A model generated the notes under the pieces. That model did no database searches, was not told the origin of the DNA, and saw only the letters and a list, made by a program, of their open reading frames with translations. DNA of 64,000 nt, from assembly GCA_040384805.1 (NCBI GenBank), contig JAZKIP010000001.1:133864-197863 (forward strand). Direction: 5' to 3'. The position numbers and the translations under genes were made by a program. Source of the stretch: Patescibacteria group bacterium. GTDB taxonomy: Bacteria > Patescibacteriota > Minisyncoccia > Phycocordibacterales > UBA9973. The first letter of the stretch is position 1. Each line of letters starts with the position of its first letter. Positions 57,614 through 64,000 of this stretch are shown here, one piece after another.

Positions 57614-60600
57614 GAAGACATGGTCAGGATCGTCAAAGAGCACGGCATGGGTGCACTTGCCGTCACCGATCACGGCAATATGTACGGCGCGATCGAACTC
57701 TACAAAGAATGCAAGAAACAAGGCATAAAACCGATCATCGGTGTTGAAGCGTATATCGCTGAACGCGGGCGTAAGGATAAGGAGCCGGGTGTCGATAACA
57801 AACGCTATCACCTGACACTTCTTGCCAAGAATCTTCAAGGGTACAAGAATCTCATGCGCCTTGTCACGCTTGCCAATCTTGAAGGATATTACTACAAGCC
57901 TCGCATGGACAAAGAGATCCTCAGGCAATATCATGAGGGTATTATATGCCTCTCGGGCTGCATGGGCAGTCAATTGTCTCAAGCAGTTCTTTCCGGCAAC
58001 ACTGAACGCCAGGAAATGCTCATCAAGGAGCATCAGAGTATATTTGGCGCTGAGAATTACTTCCTCGAGCTACACTCGCATCCCCATATCGAAGGAGATA
58101 AAAAGCTCCGCGACGGAATTATTGCTCTCGGACGGAAATTCAACATACCGCTCGTTGCAGCACAGGACTCCCACTACCCGTGCAAAGACGATCACGAGGC
58201 CCATCATACACTTCTTCAGGTCAATACCGGATCCGAAGGCAAGGACACCGGCAAATTCGAATTTTCTGAAGACGACTTTTCTCTTATCGATGAAAAAACC
58301 GCTCTTGAATATTTTGCAGATATTCCTGAAGCAGTCCCCAATACGCGCCTTGTGGCGGATCTTTGTGAAAACTATGATCTTGAGCTCGGCAAAGCATACT
58401 TCCCTGATTTTCCGATTCCGGAAGGGACAAATGCCGATGATATTCTTCGCGATTTGGCATACAAGGGATTCGAGTTCAGAGAATTGCCTCAGTCTCAGGA
58501 ATATACAGAGCGTCTTGAATACGAACTCGGCATTATCAAGCAAAAAGGATACCCAACATACTTTCTCGTAGTGGGAGATCTTCTTCGGTATGCCCGTGAG
58601 CACGGGATACTCACCAATATCCGAGGATCTGTCGCAGGATCGCTTGCGACCTATCTTTTAGGCATCACCAATGTCGATCCCCTCGACTATAAACTCCCGT
58701 TCGAACGATTCCTTAACCCTGAGCGTCCATCTCTCCCCGATATTGATATGGACTTTGCCGACAACCGCCGCGATGAGATTATCGCCTATGCAAAGCAGAA
58801 GTATGGCGAAGACAAGGTCGCCCAGATCGGAACGTTTGGTACCATGCTTGCTAAAGGTTCTGTTCGTGATGTCGCACGGGCGCTCGGATACCCTTATGCA
58901 GTTGGAGACCGAATCTCAACCATGATTCCGCTTGGCTCCCAAGGAATGCCGATGACGATCGAACACGCTTTTGAGCTTGTACCCGAACTTGCTGCAGCGT
59001 ATAAGAGCGAACCCGATACCAAGAAAATCATTGACCTTGCAAAGAAGATGGAAGGCTGCGTCCGCCATATCTCGGTCCATGCCGCAGGCGTCGTCATCGC
59101 TCCACGACCGCTCTATGAATTCTCGCCGATCCAGTTTGATCCGAAAGGAGGAAATATGATCACCCAATATGACATGTACAATATCGAAGATGCAGGACTT
59201 CCGAAATTCGACTTTCTCGGGATCCGCAACCTGGCAATTCTCGCCGATGCGGTAAAGCTCGTGAAAGAGCTTCATAATGTCGACATCGATCTTGATCGCA
59301 TTCCCCTTGAAGATAGGAAAACATTCGAAATGCTTGCCCGAGGAGAAACTATGGGCCTTTTCCAGCTCAACGGCTCTGGCATGACTCATTATCTTAAGGA
59401 GCTCCGGGCAACGACTATCCACGATATCAACGCCATGGTAGCCCTCTACCGCCCCGGACCGATCCAGTTCATTCCAATGTACATCGAGCGCAAGCATAAT
59501 CCTCGATTGATAAAATACTTGGATCCCGCGCTTGAGCCAATCCTCAAGCAGACATATGGAGTCCTTGTCTATCAGGATGATCTGCTTCTCATCGCGATAG
59601 AGATCGCCGGATACAGCTGGGGCGAAGCTGATAAGTTTCGAAAGGCGGTCGGAAAGAAGATCCCGAAAGAAATGGCCGAACAGAAGGATCGCTTCATCAA
59701 TGGCTGTGTCGAGCATAGCGGTTGGCCGCTTAAAAAGGCAACGGAACTCTGGAATCAGATCGAGCCGTTTGCCGCGTACGGTTTCAACAAGGCTCATTCG
59801 GCAAGCTACGGGCGGGTTGCATATCAGACGGCATATCTGAAGGCAAACTTCCCTGTCGAATACATGACGGCGATTATGACTGCCGAATCAGGAGACATCG
59901 AGAAGGTCGCCGAAATTGTGCACGAATGCCAGAAAATGAGCATCAACGTCCTTCCTCCGAACATTAATGAAAGCTTCGGCGGATTTACAGTGATAGTGGG
60001 GTCCGATAAGCCCGATGGACGGACGATCAGATTCGGTTTGCATACAATCAAGAATCTGGGCATAGACATTGCTGATTCGATTATCGAAGAACGCAAAAGA
60101 GGCGGCCCATTTAAATCATTGGCTGATTTCTTCGAGCGAATCAATCATAAGAATTTAAACAAAAAATCCGTTGAAGCGCTTGCCAAATCGGGCGCCATGG
60201 ATGATTTCGGCGATCGCAACATGATCATTGGCAATCTTGAAACTCTTTTAGCATTCAACAAAGAATTCCGTACCGTAGCGACGCAGGACTCTCTGTTCGG
60301 CTCTATCGGAGGCATCCAGACGACTCTTTCGCTCTCTCCTCAAGCGGAAACAACGATGAATGAAAAACTTGTATGGGAAAAGGATCTCCTAGGACTTTAT
60401 ATCTCAGGACATCCGCTTGATGCATACCGGGAGAAAATTGAGAAATTCGGAACACTCATCAAGAAGATAAAGGTAGAAACGCAGGTAGGCATGCCGGTAA
60501 CGGTCGCCTGCATCATCGACGATGTCCGCGTCATTACAACGAAAAAAGGTGATCGCATGGCATTTATAAAGGTTTCAGACCATAGCGGATCGATCGACGG

Positions 60601-60733
60601 CGTTCTTTTCAGCAAGCTTTTCGAAGGCCACAAGGATATTCTCATAAACGACACCATCATCGCCCTTCAAGCGAAAGTCACTGAGCGCAACGGCGACAAA
60701 AGCTTAATGATCGAAAGCCTAAAGAAAATATAA
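57545..60733 (+). CDS. dnaE: DNA polymerase III alpha subunit
   Basis: HLHTHSHYSLLDG PHP motif, RGSVAGS, PDIDMD, YGFNKAHS; start reassigned to MDSKF. Confidence 0.98.
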   Translation: MDSKFIHLHTHSHYSLLDGLSKIEDMVRIVKEHGMGALAVTDHGNMYGAIELYKECKKQGIKPIIGVEAYIAERGRKDKEPGVDNKRYHLTLLAKNLQGYKNLMRLVTLANLEGYYYKPRMDKEILRQYHEGIICLSGCMGSQLSQAVLSGNTERQEMLIKEHQSIFGAENYFLELHSHPHIEGDKKLRDGIIALGRKFNIPLVAAQDSHYPCKDDHEAHHTLLQVNTGSEGKDTGKFEFSEDDFSLIDEKTALEYFADIPEAVPNTRLVADLCENYDLELGKAYFPDFPIPEGTNADDILRDLAYKGFEFRELPQSQEYTERLEYELGIIKQKGYPTYFLVVGDLLRYAREHGILTNIRGSVAGSLATYLLGITNVDPLDYKLPFERFLNPERPSLPDIDMDFADNRRDEIIAYAKQKYGEDKVAQIGTFGTMLAKGSVRDVARALGYPYAVGDRISTMIPLGSQGMPMTIEHAFELVPELAAAYKSEPDTKKIIDLAKKMEGCVRHISVHAAGVVIAPRPLYEFSPIQFDPKGGNMITQYDMYNIEDAGLPKFDFLGIRNLAILADAVKLVKELHNVDIDLDRIPLEDRKTFEMLARGETMGLFQLNGSGMTHYLKELRATTIHDINAMVALYRPGPIQFIPMYIERKHNPRLIKYLDPALEPILKQTYGVLVYQDDLLLIAIEIAGYSWGEADKFRKAVGKKIPKEMAEQKDRFINGCVEHSGWPLKKATELWNQIEPFAAYGFNKAHSASYGRVAYQTAYLKANFPVEYMTAIMTAESGDIEKVAEIVHECQKMSINVLPPNINESFGGFTVIVGSDKPDGRTIRFGLHTIKNLGIDIADSIIEERKRGGPFKSLADFFERINHKNLNKKSVEALAKSGAMDDFGDRNMIIGNLETLLAFNKEFRTVATQDSLFGSIGGIQTTLSLSPQAETTMNEKLVWEKDLLGLYISGHPLDAYREKIEKFGTLIKKIKVETQVGMPVTVACIIDDVRVITTKKGDRMAFIKVSDHSGSIDGVLFSKLFEGHKDILINDTIIALQAKVTERNGDKSLMIESLKKI

Positions 60734-60765
60734 AACCCGCCCTTAATAAGGGCGGGTTTTATATT
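60727..60765. terminator. Bidirectional terminator
   Basis: AATATAAAACCCGCCCTTA-a-TAAGGGCGGGTTTTATATT. Confidence 0.75.
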
Positions 60766-60770
60766 TGTAT

Positions 60771-61343
60771 TTAAATTACATCCTGGCCGTCGATCATTTT
60801 CATGATACGGACGACTTCTTTCGGGTAATTTGGTATGACTGAGTTATATTTTCGTAATATTTGAAGAGTATCTTTCCCGTCATAGTAGTGAGCGGTGCCG
60901 ACATGGTTTCCTCCGAGGCTTGCCGATACCCTTTCGATCGCTTCGTCAACTGATTTGAAGTTGATCTTGCATGAACCATAGCCCAAGAAACTATTAGTCA
61001 CTTTCTTGCAGGCATGCCGGGCAAAGGTAGATTCACGGCCTGCAATTGCGACAAGAAGACGCCAATCGAGGTCATTTTTCTCGGCTTCGGTCACGAATTT
61101 CATTCCGTAACCCGCAAGCGGAGAGTCATAGGACTCAAGGAACTCATCAATGGCACGAGCGCGCTCTATGCGTATCTGGTCTTCCGGCGTTGTTATCGCA
61201 GGAGCCGGAGATTCGGCATTTTGGCTTACGCTTGCAATCGGCGCCTGTACCGGGATCGGCACAACTCCTGTAAGAGGACTTGCGACGGCCAACATCGGTA
61301 TGGCAACGAACGACTGCAGGAACTTTGTTATATTTTTATTCAT
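60771..61343 (-). CDS. Secreted lysozyme/glucosaminidase-like protein
   Basis: Signal peptide, SPLAGYG..FV..A...LDWRLLVAIAGRES, KYN; start placed at MNKNIT. Confidence 0.7.
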   Translation of the reverse strand: MNKNITKFLQSFVAIPMLAVASPLTGVVPIPVQAPIASVSQNAESPAPAITTPEDQIRIERARAIDEFLESYDSPLAGYGMKFVTEAEKNDLDWRLLVAIAGRESTFARHACKKVTNSFLGYGSCKINFKSVDEAIERVSASLGGNHVGTAHYYDGKDTLQILRKYNSVIPNYPKEVVRIMKMIDGQDVI

Positions 61344-61756
61344 AGTGTGGCGGTTATGCTCCGCCAAACCCCTCGACTGGACTCTGATATCTGCCTCCGT
61401 AAGGAAAGCTGACACCAAAATAAAAAGCCCTTATATATCATCACTGTAATGACAACATATGTGGACTGCGCATATAGTAGCACAAAGCATTATAAAAGTC
61501 AATAGTTATACCACTCTTTTAGGTATCGTCAAATATAAAATACCCTTATATTGTAAGGGTATTTTCTCTATTTATCCTTGACTAATTTTAACAAATATTA
61601 TCTAATTTGCCTTTAGAAACAAGCTTTTACGGGATTTTGACAGAAGTTTAGAAATACTTTATAAAAACTCTTAATATGTAAGGAGATATAGGTTTTTATT
61701 CCTTCCCTAAGCAAGCTTAGTAAAGCTTGCCGGGCGACCAGTAGCTTCCTAGTAGA

Positions 61757-64000
61757 CTACTGGTTTAGTCCATGACAATTTTTAAACTTCTTGCCAGATC
61801 CGCAATAACAAGGATCATTACGGCCGATTTTCGGCTTCCCTGCCTTGCTTGCTCCCGTACTTTCAGTTGAACTTTGAGATGAATTAAGGATAAATTCAGG
61901 TTCAACGGGAGCAAGAGTAACCATGGGAGCCTGTTCCGCCGCTTCGGCATTCATTGTCTTTATAAGAGAGGCTACCTGATCCTTGAATTGGACTTCCATC
62001 TCCTTGAAAAGATGTAGTCCTTCCTTCTTGTATTCTATGAGCGGTTCTCGCTGGCCATAAGCGCGCAAGTTAACAGATGAACGCATATAATCCATCGTTT
62101 CCAGATGTTCAACCCATAGCGTATCAGTCGTATATAAGGCAATACGACGAACAGTCTCAAAAAAGGCCGTGTCTCCGACTGCAGCGCGTTTTTGAACGAT
62201 AACATCTGCCAATTCTGGGTAGGCAGCAACTAATATATCAAGAAACGCCTGTAAAGCATCATACGTGCCCGCAAGCATGGTGCGGCGGCGTTCGTAGATG
62301 ATCTTGCGCTGGTGATTCATCACATTGTCATATTCGAGAGTGTGTTTGCGGGCATCAAAGTGGAATCCCTCGATCTTGGCCTGTGCACCCTCCAAGGTAC
62401 TTGAAATGAATCGATTGTCGATCGGCTGCTCTTCAGGTATGCCAAATCGGCCCATCATCTTTTTAATGCGGTCAGATCCGAAGATGCGCATAAGATCGTC
62501 TTCGAGTGATACGAAGAACTGTGTTTCGCCCGGATCCCCTTGGCGTCCCGCGCGGCCGCGGAGCTGATTGTCGATGCGACGGGCCTCGTGGCGCTCAGTT
62601 CCCAAAACAAACAATCCTCCGAGAGCTTTAACTTCCTCGTAGTGAGCGTCATCATACGGAACGCCTCCGAGCTTGATGTCGACTCCGCGTCCTGCCATAT
62701 TTGTGGCGACTGTTACCGCGCTCTTTCGTCCCGCATTGGCGATGATTTCTCCTTCCCGTTCGTGATTCTTGGCATTAAGGACTGTATGAGGAACGCCCGC
62801 TTGGGTCAGGTATGCCGACAAAAGCTCGTTCTTCTCGATCGAAACGGTACCGATGAGGACTGGCTGGCCTTGATCATGCAATTTCTTGACTTTCTCGGCT
62901 ACGGCTTGCAATTTTCCTTTTTCTGTCTGATAAATAAGATCATTGTGATCATTGCGGTTAATCGGCCTGTGCGTCGGCACGACAACAACATCAAGACCGT
63001 AGACTTTGAAGAATTCCTCTTTGGAGGTTTCCGCAGTTCCTGTCATACCGGCAAGCTTGTCGTAAAATCGGAAGTAATTCTGGAAGGTAATAGACGCAAC
63101 GGCGCGGGTTTCCTTTTCAATCTTAACGCCTTCCTTTGCTTCAATAGCCTGATGAAGCCCCTCGCTCCAGCGGCGCCCCGGCTGCATGCGGCCGGTAAAT
63201 GAGTCGACAATGATGACTTCGCCGTCTTTGACGACATAATCTTTGTTGTTTTCATAAAGAGCTCGCGCTTTAACCGCCGTTTCAAGATGATGAACATATT
63301 TAATACCTTTCTCAGTATAGATATTCGAAATACCTAAGAGATCCTCGGCTTTCGTAATGCCGACATCGGAAAGTGATACTGCCTTGAGCTTCTCATCAAC
63401 CGTATAATCCGTATCCTTGATAAGTTTCTTGGAGATATCGGCAAATGTATAATAAAGATCTTCCGAATCCTGCGCAGGGGCTGAAATGATAAGAGGAGTG
63501 CGAGATTCATCGATCAAGATCGAGTCCACCTCGTCAACGATCGCATAACTATGCCCTCTCTGGACCATATCGCCTGCACTTTGAACAAGATTGTCCCGAA
63601 GGTAATCGAAACCGAATTCATTGTTCGTGCCATATGTGATATCGCACTCGTATGCCTCGCGACGCGAACACGGACGCAGGAATTCATAGAGAACTTTGAA
63701 AGAACTCAAGTCTTCCGTTCCCTCCTCTTCCGGGGTCTTGTGCGATGGATCGAAAACGTAGGATGTATTTTGGGAATTTACCACGCCGACAGTCATGCCC
63801 AAGAGCGCGAATACCGGACCCATCCACACTGCATCACGACGCGACAGGTAGTCGTTGACGGTCACGATATGGACACCTTTTCCGGTAAGCGCGTTGAGAT
63901 AGGCGGGCGATGTCGCAACCAAGGTTTTCCCTTCTCCTGTCCGCATTTCGGCGATACTCTTTTCATGGAGCGCCATGCCTCCGATAAGCTGTACATCGTA
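61757..64000 (-). CDS. secA: Preprotein translocase SecA (5' part lies outside the window)
   Basis: MRTGEGKT, DEVDSILID, NMAGRGVDI, GRNDPCYCGSGKKFKNCH. Confidence 0.98.
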   Translation of the reverse strand, partial: YDVQLIGGMALHEKSIAEMRTGEGKTLVATSPAYLNALTGKGVHIVTVNDYLSRRDAVWMGPVFALLGMTVGVVNSQNTSYVFDPSHKTPEEEGTEDLSSFKVLYEFLRPCSRREAYECDITYGTNNEFGFDYLRDNLVQSAGDMVQRGHSYAIVDEVDSILIDESRTPLIISAPAQDSEDLYYTFADISKKLIKDTDYTVDEKLKAVSLSDVGITKAEDLLGISNIYTEKGIKYVHHLETAVKARALYENNKDYVVKDGEVIIVDSFTGRMQPGRRWSEGLHQAIEAKEGVKIEKETRAVASITFQNYFRFYDKLAGMTGTAETSKEEFFKVYGLDVVVVPTHRPINRNDHNDLIYQTEKGKLQAVAEKVKKLHDQGQPVLIGTVSIEKNELLSAYLTQAGVPHTVLNAKNHEREGEIIANAGRKSAVTVATNMAGRGVDIKLGGVPYDDAHYEEVKALGGLFVLGTERHEARRIDNQLRGRAGRQGDPGETQFFVSLEDDLMRIFGSDRIKKMMGRFGIPEEQPIDNRFISSTLEGAQAKIEGFHFDARKHTLEYDNVMNHQRKIIYERRRTMLAGTYDALQAFLDILVAAYPELADVIVQKRAAVGDTAFFETVRRIALYTTDTLWVEHLETMDYMRSSVNLRAYGQREPLIEYKKEGLHLFKEMEVQFKDQVASLIKTMNAEAAEQAPMVTLAPVEPEFILNSSQSSTESTGASKAGKPKIGRNDPCYCGSGKKFKNCHGLNQ

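Noticed and set aside
57545-60733. Intein in DnaE (or GyrA)
   Set aside because: Lengths are normal and no intein splice motifs are seen.
1-64000. Alternative genetic code (UGA=Gly)
   Set aside because: Conserved genes are full length under the standard code and some ORFs end in TGA.

Overview
Bacterial chromosomal window, most likely from a Patescibacteria/CPR (Parcubacteria-like) genome. This is inferred from the compact housekeeping gene set, the tandem VirB2-like pilin genes and CPR-style palindromic repeats. The backbone runs from ftsZ (partial) through trxB, gyrA, rpsA, pth, lepB, hisS, def, fmt, guaA-purA-guaB, gdhA, purH, pepN, rnhB and dnaE to secA (partial), with four tRNAs. The standout feature is a ~13 kb island (44458-57613) bounded by a 110-bp direct repeat of the dnaE promoter and 5' end. 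It encodes only cas1 and a divergent cas2, followed by 10 identical 37-bp CRISPR-like repeats (GTTGCACAACCTCCTTTTAACGACACTAGTATGCAAG). The nine 'spacers' are 224-2278 bp pieces of foreign DNA that cut genes at arbitrary points. I interpret this as a candidate Cas1-Cas2 gene/DNA-capture array with no interference module in the window. A second array-like system lies downstream of tRNA-Asn, where seven ~26-bp repeats resembling the tRNA 3' end separate one- or two-gene cassettes. There are also several small palindromic insertions (in frame in pepN and trxB; MITE-like elements that supply start codons) and candidate structured ncRNAs. All family assignments come from motif recognition by eye; no database searches were run.
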